Counted from the stretch's first letter, positions 52,637-62,819 are shown. The stretch is DNA of 64,000 nt from Oscillospiraceae bacterium (GCA_902774015.1 CACYHB010000004.1:20299-84298), one strand, 5' to 3'. Program-made: numbers and translations. The notes: a model not told the origin generated them from the letters alone.

Positions 52637-53695
52637 TCACTGGTACTTGTACCACGCGGCGCAGGCGCCCTCGGAGGAGACCATGCAGGGTCCCACCGGG
52701 TCCTCCGGCGTGCAGCGCGCGCCGAAAAGCGGGCAGTCCGCCGGGTCCATCCGGCCGGTGATGACCTCGCCGCAGCGGCAGGCGGTTTTCGCGGGGCCGG
52801 AGACCCTGACGCCGAATTTCTTTTCCGCGTCGAAAGCCGCGAGTTCCTCCCGCAGCCCCAGGCCGCTGGCCGGGATCTCTCCCAGCCCGCGCCAGAGATC
52901 GCTGCGCGGTGCAAAACAACGGGCCATGCTTTCCTTTGCCAGGGGGTTCCCCTCCGGGCGCACCGCCCGGGTATACTCGTTCTCCACCCGCGGCTTCTCC
53001 TCTGCGATCTGCTTCAGGAGCCGATAGACGGAGCGCAGGATGTCCTCGGGCTCAAAGCCGCTGATGACCGCCGGCATCCCATATTCCTCCGGCAGGAAGC
53101 GAAAGCCCTCTTCGCCGAGGATCGTGGCCACATGGCCGGGGCAGAGGAAGCCTTGAACATTGAATCCATCCATGGCCATCAGCGCGCGGAGCGCGGGCTC
53201 CACGGTCTTGAGCATGGACCAAACGGAGAAGTTTCTCAGGCCCCTCCCGGCGGCGCTCAGCACTGATGCTGCGGTGCCGGGGGCGGTAGTCTCAAAGCCC
53301 ACGCCCAGGAATACGACTTCCTTTGCGGGGTTTTCGGCGGCAAGGTCCAGCGCGTCCATGGGCGAATAGCAGACGCGCACGTCCGCGCCCAGGGCCCGCC
53401 TGCGCTGCAGGCTGTCTCCCGGGGTGCTCCCCGGTACGCGGATCATATCGCCGTAGCTGGCGAGGATCACGTGCTTTTCCATTGCAAGGGCCAGTACCGC
53501 GTCGATGACCTCCGCCGGCGTCACGCAGACCGGGCAGCCCGGGCCGCTCAACAGCCTGACGTTTTCGGGCAGCAGGCTGCGGATGCCCGCCTCGGCGATG
53601 GCCATGGTGTGGGTGCCGCAGACCTCCATCAGCCGAACCGGCCCCACGGGCAGGGCGCGAATCGCGGCGACCAGCTCAGCTGCGGAGGGCTTCAT
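52637..53695 (-). CDS. hypD: hydrogenase maturation protein HypD
   Basis: Contains MEVCGTHT, GPGCPVCVTP and FETTAP. Start set at 53695. Confidence 0.9.
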   Translation of the reverse strand: MKPSAAELVAAIRALPVGPVRLMEVCGTHTMAIAEAGIRSLLPENVRLLSGPGCPVCVTPAEVIDAVLALAMEKHVILASYGDMIRVPGSTPGDSLQRRRALGADVRVCYSPMDALDLAAENPAKEVVFLGVGFETTAPGTAASVLSAAGRGLRNFSVWSMLKTVEPALRALMAMDGFNVQGFLCPGHVATILGEEGFRFLPEEYGMPAVISGFEPEDILRSVYRLLKQIAEEKPRVENEYTRAVRPEGNPLAKESMARCFAPRSDLWRGLGEIPASGLGLREELAAFDAEKKFGVRVSGPAKTACRCGEVITGRMDPADCPLFGARCTPEDPVGPCMVSSEGACAAWYKYQ

Positions 53696-53900
53696 CCAGT
53701 TCCTCCCAGCTCTCCAGATCCTCCATGGCCTGCTGCTCGGGCAGGCGCTCGATGGCAAAGCCCGCGTGGACGATCACATAGTCGCCGATCTTCGGTTCGG
53801 GGATAAAATCCACCCGGATCTTCCGCTGCACGCCCATGGCGTCCCCAACGGCGTCATTGCCGTTGATTTCGATCAGTTTTAAGGGTACCGCAAGACACAT
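53676..53900 (-). CDS. hypC: hydrogenase maturation chaperone HypC
   Basis: 74 aa beginning with MCLAVP. Confidence 0.92.
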   Translation of the reverse strand: MCLAVPLKLIEINGNDAVGDAMGVQRKIRVDFIPEPKIGDYVIVHAGFAIERLPEQQAMEDLESWEELDEALRS

Positions 53901-53901
53901 A

Positions 53902-56130
53902 TCAATAACCTTTTTTACTCAAGACGCCGAGCTGCCCCAGAGCGATCCCCTCGTCGTTGCAGGAGACGCGGCTGTGGTGATAGACCTTCAGTCCGCGTGA
54001 GCGCAGCAGATCGGGCAGACGGCGCAGGATATACATATTCTGAAAGCTGCCGCCGGAGAGCACCGCGTCGGTGATCCCGCTCTGGCGTGAAGCAAGCTCC
54101 GCCTGCTCCGCCGCCATGGCGATCAGCGTATTCATGAATTTTGCGGCCTTTCGGGCCGTATCGGCCGGGTCGAAGACCATGGCGCGGATCATGGGCCGCC
54201 AGTCAAAGCGCAGCGGCGCGCCGGTCAGCTCGAAGGGGTACGCCCCCGTCTCGTCCTCCGCCGCCGCGGCCTCCAGCAGCACCGCGCCCTGGCCCTCGTA
54301 GCTTGCCAGGCTCTTGATGCCGAGGATCGCGGCCGCGCCGTCGAAGAGCCGCCCCATCCCGGAGGATCGGGGACAGTTGAGACCGCTTTTCAGCATGCTC
54401 TCGTAGAGCGGCCGTTCAGCGGTTTCCAGCCCCGCGTCCCGCAGCAGCGCCCAGGCGATACGGTCAAGCTCCTTTGTCGCCAGATCGCCGCCGATGAGCG
54501 GGATCGGGCGGAGGGAGCCGAAGCGTTCATAGCTCTTCGCATCCCCCACCAGGCACTCCCCGCCCCAGATGGTCCCGTCGGTGCCGAGGCCGGTGCCATC
54601 CCATATAAGGCCGATCACCGCATCCTGCAGCCCGTTGTCCGCCATGCAGGAGACCATATGCGCATGGTGGTGCTGCACCTGCACAAGCGGGATCCCCTCC
54701 CGCTCGCTCCGCTCCTTCGCGTAGGCGGTGGAGAGGTAGTCCGGGTGCAGATCGCAGGCGATCGCCTCGGGGCGGATATCGAACAGACGCTCAAAATGGG
54801 CGATCTGCTGTTCGTAGTTTTCCAGCGTCTCGTAATTCTTCAGATCTCCGATGTGCTGGCTCGGGAACACGAAGCTCCCCTTGGAGAGACAGAAGCCCGC
54901 CTTCTGTTCGGCCCCGCAGGCGAGGAGATGGCCTCTCCCCTGCTCCACCCGGATCGGGTAGGGAGCCCAGCCGCGGCTTCTCCGGACCGGATACTCCTTC
55001 CCGTCCACACAGAAGCACAGCGAATCGTCGCAGCGGGTCTGGATCTCCCTGTCGTGGAGCAGGAAGCCGTCGGCAATGCCGGAAAGCTTCTCCAGGGCTT
55101 CCTCGTTTTTATACACGATGGGCGTGTCGGAGAGATTGGCGCTCGTCATCACGAGCATGTCCAGATCGTCCCCCATCAGAAGGACGTGCAGCGGCGTATA
55201 GGGAAGCATCACGCCCACGTAGCCGTTTTCGCTCAGATGCAGAAGCCCCGGCGCCCTTTTCTTCAAAAGCACGATCGGCCGCCGGCTGCTCTCCAGGATC
55301 CGCGCCTCGTCCTCGTCTACCTCGCAGATTTTCCGCGCGCAGCCCAGATCCCGGCACATGACGGCAAAGGGCTTTTCATCCCGCTGCTTGCGCTGCCGAA
55401 GCCGCCGCGTCACCGCGGGATCGTCACACGTGCAGGCCAGATGGATTCCGCCGAGGCCCTTCACCGCGACGATCTTTCCCTCCCGGAGCATCTCGCGGGC
55501 GCTCTGCAGAGCCGCCTCGTCCCCGTCTGTGCGCCGCCCCTCGGCGTCCAGGAAGAACAGATGGGGGCCGCAGACCGGGCAGCAGTCCGGCTGGGCGTGA
55601 TAGCGCCGGTTTTCGATGTCGTGGTACTCCCGCTCACAGTCGGGGCACATGGGAAAGCATCCCATGGAGGTCAGCGGGCGGTCATACGGCACGTCCCGGA
55701 TGATCGTAAAGCGGGGCCCGCAGTTTGTGCAGTTGATGAAGGGGTAGCGGTAGCGCCGATCCTTCGGGTCCAGCAGCTCCCGCCGGCAGTCCTCGCAAAT
55801 ACACACGTCCGGCGAGATGAGGGTATTGCGTTCCTTTTCCACCAGGCTCGGCAGGATGCGGAAGCCCTCGTAGCCCTGCAGCGGACCGCCCCAGAGAGGC
55901 TCAATGCGCTCAATGAGCGCGAGCCTGGGCGCCCTGTGCGGCAGTTCGTCCAGAAAGCGCTCCAGTGCCGCCCGCTCGCCCTCCAGCTCCAGCTCCACGC
56001 CGGAGGAACTGTTGCGGATCGTGCCGCAGAGGCCATGGCTGCGCACCTGCCGGTGCATGAAGGGGCGAAAGCCCACCCCCTGCACGATCCCGTGGATCTC
56101 GATCTTCAGGTGCTCCAAGACGGCCTCCAA
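53902..56130 (-). CDS. hypF: carbamoyltransferase HypF
   Basis: Acylphosphatase domain (IHGIVQGVGFRPF), two CxxC zinc-finger pairs, and YrdC-like and Kae1-like domains. The start is a TTG at 56130, or more likely the TTG at 56118, 5 nt after TGGAGG. Confidence 0.92.
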   Translation of the reverse strand: MEAVLEHLKIEIHGIVQGVGFRPFMHRQVRSHGLCGTIRNSSSGVELELEGERAALERFLDELPHRAPRLALIERIEPLWGGPLQGYEGFRILPSLVEKERNTLISPDVCICEDCRRELLDPKDRRYRYPFINCTNCGPRFTIIRDVPYDRPLTSMGCFPMCPDCEREYHDIENRRYHAQPDCCPVCGPHLFFLDAEGRRTDGDEAALQSAREMLREGKIVAVKGLGGIHLACTCDDPAVTRRLRQRKQRDEKPFAVMCRDLGCARKICEVDEDEARILESSRRPIVLLKKRAPGLLHLSENGYVGVMLPYTPLHVLLMGDDLDMLVMTSANLSDTPIVYKNEEALEKLSGIADGFLLHDREIQTRCDDSLCFCVDGKEYPVRRSRGWAPYPIRVEQGRGHLLACGAEQKAGFCLSKGSFVFPSQHIGDLKNYETLENYEQQIAHFERLFDIRPEAIACDLHPDYLSTAYAKERSEREGIPLVQVQHHHAHMVSCMADNGLQDAVIGLIWDGTGLGTDGTIWGGECLVGDAKSYERFGSLRPIPLIGGDLATKELDRIAWALLRDAGLETAERPLYESMLKSGLNCPRSSGMGRLFDGAAAILGIKSLASYEGQGAVLLEAAAAEDETGAYPFELTGAPLRFDWRPMIRAMVFDPADTARKAAKFMNTLIAMAAEQAELASRQSGITDAVLSGGSFQNMYILRRLPDLLRSRGLKVYHHSRVSCNDEGIALGQLGVLSKKGY

Positions 56131-56206
56131 AATGATTGTCAGAATTCAAACAATATTGTAGTCCTAAAATGGCCGGATTGCAACAGCTTTCTCTCTGTTC
56201 TTTTAC

Positions 56207-56235
56207 ATTATACAGGGAGTGCAGAGATTTTACAA
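56207..56235 (-). promoter_or_regulatory. sigma-A type promoter for hypFCDE
   Basis: Reverse strand reads TTGTAA (56235-56230), a 17-nt spacer, then TATAAT (56212-56207). Confidence 0.6.
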
Positions 56236-56267
56236 GATTCAGGAGCGGTTCAGCCCGCTTTCCTTTC

Positions 56268-56303
56268 CCAAAAAAGCCCGCCGAACGGAAACCGCCCGGC
56301 GGG
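56268..56303 (-). terminator. rho-independent terminator after the symporter gene
   Basis: Reverse strand reads CCCGCCGGGCGG-TTT-CCGTTCGGCGGG followed by CTTTTTTGGG. Confidence 0.7.
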
Positions 56304-56328
56304 AGACATGGTGATAATCAGATATTGA

Positions 56329-57729
56329 TTATTTCAGCAGATGGTCGGAGAAATACTCCTTCGTTGCCTTTGCGACAACGCCGGACAGCAGCAGCAGGGC
56401 GATCAGGTTCGGGATCGCCATCAGGCCGTTCAGGGTGTCCGCGATGTCCCACATGAGCGTGCCGGAGCCGACGGCCCCCACGATGCAGATCAGCGCGAAA
56501 ACGATCTTGTAAACAAGGATCACGACCCGGTTGTTGCCGGTCAGGTAGCCCCAGCAGTTTTCGCCGTAGTAGGCCCAGGACAGGATGGTGGACAGGGCAA
56601 AGAACAGCAGGCTCAGCTCAATGATCTTCCCGCCGAGGGTGCCGGGCAGGATGCTGTTGAAGGCAGCCGCCGCGGCCGCGCCCTTGGAGGTGAAAGCGGC
56701 GAGGCCCCCGTCCGCATCCAGGACGCCCGAGAGCAGCACGGCGAAAGCGGTGATGCTGCAGATCACGATGGTGTCGATGAAGACCTCGAACACGCCCCAG
56801 ATCGCCTGCTCGCAGGGTTCCTCGGTGGAGGAGGCCGCGTGGGCGATGGGCGCGGAGCCCAGGCCCGCCTCATTGGAGAAGACGCCGCGGGCAAAGCCCT
56901 GCTTCATGGCCATCATGATGGTATAGCCGAAGAGGCCGCCGCCGACGCTCTTGAAGGAGAAGGCCCCGGCAAAGATCCGGGCGAACACGCCGGGCAGCTG
57001 GGGGATGCGCAGCACGATCACGACCAGGCCCGCCAGAATATAGAAAGCGGACATGAAGGGCACGAGGAGCGAGGTGACCTTGCCGATGCGCTTGATGCCG
57101 CCCAGAGTGACCAGCGCCACCACGACGGCGATCAGGATACCCGAGGCCAGCGGGGGCAGCCGGAACAGGTCGCCCAGCGCGCCGGAGATCTCGCTGCTCT
57201 GGGCGATGTTGCCGATGCCGAAGCTGGCAAGGCCGCCCAGCAGGCAGAAGATCACCGCAAGCCAGCGCCAGCTTTTGCCGATGCCGTTTTCGATATAATA
57301 CATGGGGCCGCCGTGGTAGACTCCGTTTCCGTCCTTGACGCGGTACTTCATGGCAAGCACGATCTCGGCGTACTTGGTGACCATGCCGAAGAAGGCGGCC
57401 ACCCACATCCAGAACACCGCCCCGGCGCCGCCTGTAAAGATCGCGCCGGTGACGCCGGCGATATTGCCGGTGCCCACGGTCCCGGCCAAAGCCGTCGAGA
57501 CCGCCTCAAAGGGCGAAATATTCGCGCCGTGATCCGCGCTCTTCTTTCCGGAGAACAGCGTCCCCACCGTGTTTTTGAGGATCCGGCCGAAGTGCGTCAC
57601 CTGGAGCCAGTGCACGCGAACCGTCAGATACACGCCGGTCCCCACCAGCAGAAGCAGCATCAGCGGTCCCCAGGCGAAGCTGTTCACAGCACCGTTTACG
57701 GCCTCAATTTTCGAAACAAAGCCCTCCAT
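56329..57729 (-). CDS. alanine/glycine:cation symporter (AGCS family)
   Basis: 466 aa polytopic protein. Contains ISPFEAVSTALAGTVGTGNIAGV and SNEAGLGSAPIAHA. Confidence 0.9.
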   Translation of the reverse strand: MEGFVSKIEAVNGAVNSFAWGPLMLLLLVGTGVYLTVRVHWLQVTHFGRILKNTVGTLFSGKKSADHGANISPFEAVSTALAGTVGTGNIAGVTGAIFTGGAGAVFWMWVAAFFGMVTKYAEIVLAMKYRVKDGNGVYHGGPMYYIENGIGKSWRWLAVIFCLLGGLASFGIGNIAQSSEISGALGDLFRLPPLASGILIAVVVALVTLGGIKRIGKVTSLLVPFMSAFYILAGLVVIVLRIPQLPGVFARIFAGAFSFKSVGGGLFGYTIMMAMKQGFARGVFSNEAGLGSAPIAHAASSTEEPCEQAIWGVFEVFIDTIVICSITAFAVLLSGVLDADGGLAAFTSKGAAAAAAFNSILPGTLGGKIIELSLLFFALSTILSWAYYGENCWGYLTGNNRVVILVYKIVFALICIVGAVGSGTLMWDIADTLNGLMAIPNLIALLLLSGVVAKATKEYFSDHLLK

Positions 57730-57798
57730 GTTTCCTCATCCTTTCTGTGTTATCGGCAAAAAGCGCTCCGAACACCCGGCCCGGAAAAACTTTTTCAC

Positions 57799-57827
57799 AT
57801 TTTATCACGCTGCTGTCCTAAACACAA
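57799..57827 (-). promoter_or_regulatory. sigma-A type promoter with extended -10, for the symporter gene
   Basis: Reverse strand reads TTGTGT (57827-57822), a 17-nt spacer ending in TGA, then TAAAAT (57804-57799). Confidence 0.55.
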
Positions 57828-57870
57828 TGAACAAACTGCACAAAATATATGGGTGATCAGCGCTTCCTGT

Positions 57871-57903
57871 ACGAGAAAATGCCCGGCCTCGCGGCCGGGC
57901 ATT
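57871..57903 (-). terminator. rho-independent terminator after pfkA
   Basis: Reverse strand reads AATGCCCGGCC-GCGA-GGCCGGGCATT followed by TTCTCG. Confidence 0.7.
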
Positions 57904-57929
57904 GCCTGCTGTATGGAATCGGGGCCCTC

Positions 57930-58919
57930 TCAGCGGACGGCGCTGCCGAACTGCATGGCCTCCATGATCTTGTAGCGGTCCATCTGCAGATGCTTCTTCT
58001 GCTGCAGCGCCTCCTCGATGGGGAGCTCTACAATGCCGCCCTCCTTGGTGCCGATGATGCAGTTATAGCGGCCCTCGGCCAGAGCGTTGACGGCATAATA
58101 GCCCATGCGGGTGGCCGTCTCACGGTCACGGGCGTTGGGCGAGCCGCCGCGCTGGATGTGGCCCAGAACGGTCACGCGCGGCGAGATGCCGATGGCTTCC
58201 TGGATGCGCCGGCCGATGTCCATGGCGCTGCCGGCGCCCTCGGCCACGACGATCATGAAGTGCGTGTTGCCGGACAGGCGGGATTCCTGGATGCGCTCCA
58301 CCACGTCCTTCTGGAAATCCAGCTCCTTTTCGGGCACCAGCACCGCGGTGGCGCCCACGGCGATGCCCACGTACAGAGCCAGGAAGCCCGCGTTGCGGCC
58401 CATGACCTCCACCACAGAGCAGCGCTCGTGGGACTGCATGGTGTCGCGCAGGCGGTCGATGCAGTCGATGGCGGTGTTGCAGGCGGTGTCGAAGCCGATG
58501 GTGTAGTTGGTGCAGCCCACGTCGTTGTCGATGGTGGCGGGAACGCCCACCACCGGGATGCCCAGGCGGCTGAGCTCCAGGGCGCCGCGGAAGGTCCCGT
58601 CGCCGCCGATGGCGACGATCGCGTCCAGCCCCAGCATCTTGCAGGTGGCCACGGCCCTCAGCCGTCCCTTTTCCGTCATGAAGTCCTCGCTGCGGGCGGT
58701 GTAAAGGATGGTGCCGCCGCGGTTGAGGATATGGCCCACGCTCTCCCGGGTAAGCGTAACGAAATCACTGTTGATAAGGCCCTGCCAGCCTCTGCGGATG
58801 CCGATGCACTCAATGCCGTTGGCGTGCGCGGTGCGCACGACGGCGCGGACCGCCGCATTCATGCCCGGCGCGTCGCCGCCGCTGGTGAGAACGCCGATCC
58901 GTTTGATTTTTTTCTCCAT
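57930..58919 (-). CDS. pfkA: ATP-dependent 6-phosphofructokinase
   Basis: 329 aa. Contains RIGVLTSGGDAPGMNAA, GGDGT, TIDND and GHIQRGG. Confidence 0.95.
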   Translation of the reverse strand: MEKKIKRIGVLTSGGDAPGMNAAVRAVVRTAHANGIECIGIRRGWQGLINSDFVTLTRESVGHILNRGGTILYTARSEDFMTEKGRLRAVATCKMLGLDAIVAIGGDGTFRGALELSRLGIPVVGVPATIDNDVGCTNYTIGFDTACNTAIDCIDRLRDTMQSHERCSVVEVMGRNAGFLALYVGIAVGATAVLVPEKELDFQKDVVERIQESRLSGNTHFMIVVAEGAGSAMDIGRRIQEAIGISPRVTVLGHIQRGGSPNARDRETATRMGYYAVNALAEGRYNCIIGTKEGGIVELPIEEALQQKKHLQMDRYKIMEAMQFGSAVR

Positions 58920-58966
58920 GGTATCGCTCCTCTTTCCTTCTTGTTTTGCCGGATGTCTGGTAATTT

Positions 58967-58995
58967 ATTATAGCATTGCCTTTCCGGTTTTACAA
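58967..58995 (-). promoter_or_regulatory. sigma-A type promoter with extended -10, for pfkA
   Basis: Reverse strand reads TTGTAA (58995-58990), a 17-nt spacer ending in TGC, then TATAAT (58972-58967). Confidence 0.65.
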
Positions 58996-59024
58996 TCCCG
59001 TATCCTCGGAAATTGCGCAGAAGA

Positions 59025-59057
59025 GCCGGGGATGTGCATGCATCTCACATCCCCGGC
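59025..59057 (-). terminator. hairpin terminator after the DUF362 gene
   Basis: Reverse strand reads GCCGGGGATGTG, a 9-nt loop, CACATCCCCGGC, then TCTTCTGCGCAATTTCC. Confidence 0.5.
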
Positions 59058-59075
59058 TGAGGGTCTCTTTCGGGA

Positions 59076-60110
59076 TTATCTGTGCCTGTTGCGGCCCCAG
59101 AAGGTATTGTAGCGGTCCGGTTTCCAGCCGGGTTCCACGTCCTTAACGGCTTCCGCCGCGGTGATGACCGCGTCGTCATGGTCAATATCAACCAGGGTGT
59201 AGCGGTCATTGCCCATGCCGAGCTCCTTCATATAGCTCAGCTGCCGCAGACCGTGGCGGGTCTCGATGCGCTCGATCATGGCCTTGCCGCCCCCGTCGGG
59301 CAGGTTGTAGAGCAGATCCACGCAGGCGTTGTCCACCGCCAGGATGTCCAGCGAGGCCAGGATGCCCACGTCCGGCGTGACCACAGGCTCCGCCTCCGGG
59401 CCTTCGCAGTCGCAGGAGACGGACATGTTGCGCATGGTGTTGATGAAGCAGACATGCGGCGCAAAATGGTCCACGGTGGCCTTGGTGCTCTCGGAGATGC
59501 GTTCCATCAGCTCCTCCTCGGCGATGTCCCACATACCCACACGGGAGTGGATCTCCTTCTTACCGATGCGCCCGTCGGCGCAGCCGATGCCGATATTCTT
59601 GTTGCTGCCGCCGAAGCCGCCCATGGTGTGGCCCTTGAAATGGGTCAGCACCAGCAGAGAGTCGTAGCCCAGCATGCTCTTGCCGACGTGCATCTCCTCG
59701 AACCATTTGCCGCCCGTGACCGGCAGCGCCGCGACGCCCTCGGCGTCGGTGATGTCCACCGGGCAGAAGGTCCAGCCGTTGATTTCCAGCGTCTTGCGGT
59801 GTTCCTCCGTGGTGTAGCGGCTGCCCTCGTAATAGGTGTTGGTCTCAATGATGGTCGCCTCCGGCAGCCGATCGTTGATCAGAGCCTTCACCCAGGGACG
59901 GGGGATGATGTTGGGGCCTTCGGCTTCGCCGGTGTGCAGCTTGACGGCCACCTTCCCCTGCAGCACGTGGCTCACTTTGTCATAGATCTTCTTCATGCCC
60001 TCCTCGGAGAGGTCGCGGGTAAAGAACACCACGGAGCTATCGCCCGTGCGCTCTTCAAAGGGGACGTACTTGTTGCCGTCTTTGCCGGGGATCGGTTTAT
60101 TGTTTGACAT
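59076..60110 (-). CDS. DUF362 domain protein
   Basis: 344 aa. Contains KVAVKLHTGEAEGPN, THFKGHTMGGFGGSNKNIGIGC and DILAVD. Confidence 0.75.
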   Translation of the reverse strand: MSNNKPIPGKDGNKYVPFEERTGDSSVVFFTRDLSEEGMKKIYDKVSHVLQGKVAVKLHTGEAEGPNIIPRPWVKALINDRLPEATIIETNTYYEGSRYTTEEHRKTLEINGWTFCPVDITDAEGVAALPVTGGKWFEEMHVGKSMLGYDSLLVLTHFKGHTMGGFGGSNKNIGIGCADGRIGKKEIHSRVGMWDIAEEELMERISESTKATVDHFAPHVCFINTMRNMSVSCDCEGPEAEPVVTPDVGILASLDILAVDNACVDLLYNLPDGGGKAMIERIETRHGLRQLSYMKELGMGNDRYTLVDIDHDDAVITAAEAVKDVEPGWKPDRYNTFWGRNRHR

Positions 60111-60160
60111 GCGTTTCCCTCCTGTTTCATGCCGGTCAGATGCTTTCCTTGCTGTTTCCT

Positions 60161-60189
60161 ATTATACTGGAATCGTTTTTTCCCTGCAA
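60161..60189 (-). promoter_or_regulatory. sigma-A type promoter for the DUF362 gene
   Basis: Reverse strand reads TTGCAG (60189-60184), a 17-nt spacer, then TATAAT (60166-60161). Confidence 0.5.
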
Positions 60190-60383
60190 GTGGAATAAAT
60201 AGTGCCTTGTCCGGGAGGCAGGCGTTGTTCTTTCCCTGCGAAACAGCGCTATAAAATACAAACGCAATCGTTTTCCCTTGCAGAAATCGAAATTTACACT
60301 TGCAATTTGCCGATTCTTCCACTACTCTAAGAGCGACGGACAAAAAACGGCGCAAGCACCGCTCTGCGCCAAAGGAGGTCGCC

Positions 60384-62819
60384 ATGCAATTCGGTTTTTT
60401 TGATGATAAACGGAAGGAATATGTCATTTCCACCCCGCGCACACCGCTGCCCTGGATCAACTATCTGGGCAGCGAGGACTTCTTTACGCTCCTGTCCAAC
60501 ACGGCCGGCGGCTACAGCTTTTACCGGGACGCCCGCCTGCGCCGCCTCACCCGCTACCGCTACAACAACAGTCCCCTGGATTCCGAGGGCTTTCGTGTCT
60601 ACATACGGGACGGGGAGACGGTCTGGAACCCGGGCTGGCAGCCCACCCAGACCGAGCTGGACGGCTATTCCTGCCGCCACGGTCTGGGCTACACGGTCAT
60701 TGAGGGGCAAAAGGACGGCGTGACGGCCAGGCAGACCTTTATCGTACCCCAGGGCGACAACTGCCTGCTCATGCGCCTGACGCTGAAAAACGGGAGCGCC
60801 TGTGCCAAGACGCTGCAGATCTTCCCCTATGTGGAGTTCTGCCTCTGGGACGCCATGGACGACGCCTCCAACTTCCAGCGAAACTACTCCACCGGCGAGG
60901 TGGAGGTGGCGGGCGCCGCCATCTACCACAAGACCGAGTACCGGGAGCGGCGGGATCACTATGCCGTCTTCTGGTCGAGCCGGGAACCCGACGGCTTTGA
61001 CACCGCGCGGGAGGCTTTTCTCGGCGTTTACGGCAGCCCGGCCAGGCCGGAGGCCGTCTTCGGCGCAGGCTGCACGGGCAGCGTGGCCCACGGCTGGCAG
61101 CCCGTGGCCGCCCAACAGTTCGATCTGCAGCTTGCCCCCGGCGCGGAGGAGAGCATCCTCTTCGGCCTGGGTTATATCGAGAACCCGGAGGCGGAGAAGT
61201 TCGCCGCCCCCGGCGCGATCAACAAGACGCGCGCCGAGGCCATGATCGCCCGCTACGCAGAGGAGAGCGCCTTCGACGCGGCGCTGCGGACGCTGCGTGA
61301 GAACTGGGAGGGACTGCTGGACTGCTATCAGGCCTCCACCGGCTCCGAAAAGCTGGATCGGATGGTGAACGTCTGGAACCAGTATCAGTGCATGGTCACC
61401 TTCAACATGAGTCGCTCTGCCAGCTACTTTGAGAGCGGCATGGGCCGCGGCATGGGCTTCCGGGACTCCTGCCAGGATCTGCTGGGCTTTGTGCACATGA
61501 TCCCGGAGCGGGCGCGGCAGCGCATTCTGGACATCGCCGCCACCCAGTTTCCCGACGGCAGCGCCTATCACCAGTATCAGCCGCTGACCAAGAAGGGCAA
61601 TCTGGCCGTGGGGAGCGGCTTCAACGACGATCCTCTGTGGCTCATCGCGGGCGTTGACGCCTATCTCTGCGAGACCGGCGACTGGAGCATCCTGGACGAG
61701 CGCTGCGACTTCGACAACGACCCCTCTCAGGCGGAGCCTCTGCTTGAGCATCTGCGCCGCAGCTTCCGCTATACCCGCAGCCACCTGGGTCCCCACGGCC
61801 TGCCGCTGATCGGCCGGGCCGACTGGAACGACTGCCTGAATCTCAACTGCTTTTCCGCCCACCCGGGCGAGAGCTTCCAGATCACCGGCCCCAGCGAGGG
61901 TCCCGTGGCCGAGAGCGTGTTCATCGCGGGCATGTTTGTCAAATACGGCCGCGCCTGGGCGGAGATCTGCCGCCATCTGGGCCTTTCCGACGAGGCCGCG
62001 GAGGCGGAGCGGGCCGTTTCACAGATGGAGAAGACCGTCCTGGACGCGGGCTGGGACGGCGAATGGTTCCGCCGCGCCTATGACGCCTTCGGTCACGTGG
62101 TGGGCGGCAGGGACTGCGAGGAGGGCCAGATCTTCATCGAGCCCCAGGGCATGTGCGTCATGGCCGGGATCGGCAAAGAGACGGGCGAGGCCGCCCGGGC
62201 GCTGAAGAGCGTGGAAGAGCGGCTGGACACGAAGTACGGCATCGTGCTGCTGCAGCCGGCCTATACCCGCTACCGTCTGGAGCTGGGCGAGATCTCCAGT
62301 TATCCCCCCGGCTACAAGGAAAACGCGGGCATCTTCTGCCACAACAACCCCTGGATCGTCTGCGCCGAGGCGGAACTCGGCCACGGCGACCGGGCCTTTG
62401 AGGTCTACCGCCGCACCTGCCCGGCCTACGTGGAGGAGATCAGCGAGATCCGCCGCACCGAGCCCTACGTCTACTGCCAGATGGTGGCCGGGCGGGACGC
62501 CCCCGGCTTCGGCGAGGGCAAGAACAGCTGGCTCACCGGCACCGCGGCCTGGACCTTCCTGAGCGTCAGCCAGGCCATTCTGGGCGTCAAGCCCACGCTG
62601 GACGGGCTGCGGATCGACCCCTGTATCCCCGCCCACGTGAAGGGCTTCACGGTCCGCCGCCGTTACCGCGGCGCCCTGTATGAGATCTGCGTGAAAAATC
62701 CCGACGGCGTATGCCGCGGCGTGCGCGCCGTACGCTTCAACGGCGAAGCGCTCTCCGGCAGCACGCTGCCCGTGCTCCCCGCCGGCGAGCGCGCGACGGT
62801 AGAGGTGCTCCTGGGCTGA
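60384..62819 (+). CDS. cbp: GH94 cellobiose (or cellodextrin/chitobiose) phosphorylase
   Basis: Start at the ATG at 60384, with AAAGGAGG 6 nt upstream. [62 protein letters not shown] closely resembles characterised clostridial cellobiose phosphorylase N-termini. 811 aa. Confidence 0.9.
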   Translation: MQFGFFDDKRKEYVISTPRTPLPWINYLGSEDFFTLLSNTAGGYSFYRDARLRRLTRYRYNNSPLDSEGFRVYIRDGETVWNPGWQPTQTELDGYSCRHGLGYTVIEGQKDGVTARQTFIVPQGDNCLLMRLTLKNGSACAKTLQIFPYVEFCLWDAMDDASNFQRNYSTGEVEVAGAAIYHKTEYRERRDHYAVFWSSREPDGFDTAREAFLGVYGSPARPEAVFGAGCTGSVAHGWQPVAAQQFDLQLAPGAEESILFGLGYIENPEAEKFAAPGAINKTRAEAMIARYAEESAFDAALRTLRENWEGLLDCYQASTGSEKLDRMVNVWNQYQCMVTFNMSRSASYFESGMGRGMGFRDSCQDLLGFVHMIPERARQRILDIAATQFPDGSAYHQYQPLTKKGNLAVGSGFNDDPLWLIAGVDAYLCETGDWSILDERCDFDNDPSQAEPLLEHLRRSFRYTRSHLGPHGLPLIGRADWNDCLNLNCFSAHPGESFQITGPSEGPVAESVFIAGMFVKYGRAWAEICRHLGLSDEAAEAERAVSQMEKTVLDAGWDGEWFRRAYDAFGHVVGGRDCEEGQIFIEPQGMCVMAGIGKETGEAARALKSVEERLDTKYGIVLLQPAYTRYRLELGEISSYPPGYKENAGIFCHNNPWIVCAEAELGHGDRAFEVYRRTCPAYVEEISEIRRTEPYVYCQMVAGRDAPGFGEGKNSWLTGTAAWTFLSVSQAILGVKPTLDGLRIDPCIPAHVKGFTVRRRYRGALYEICVKNPDGVCRGVRAVRFNGEALSGSTLPVLPAGERATVEVLLG

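Noticed and set aside
57730-57929. Glycine riboswitch upstream of the alanine/glycine symporter
   Set aside because: The predicted leader downstream of the promoter is only ~70 nt. It lacks the tandem aptamer length and conserved cores. The rest of the gap is accounted for by the pfkA terminator and the promoter.
54658-57975. 556-aa and 544-aa forward-strand ORFs
   Set aside because: They are antisense to hypF and to the AGCS symporter respectively. They are shadow frames.
60327-61976. 549-aa reverse-strand ORF
   Set aside because: It is antisense to the GH94 phosphorylase, whose N-terminus matches characterised cellobiose phosphorylases.
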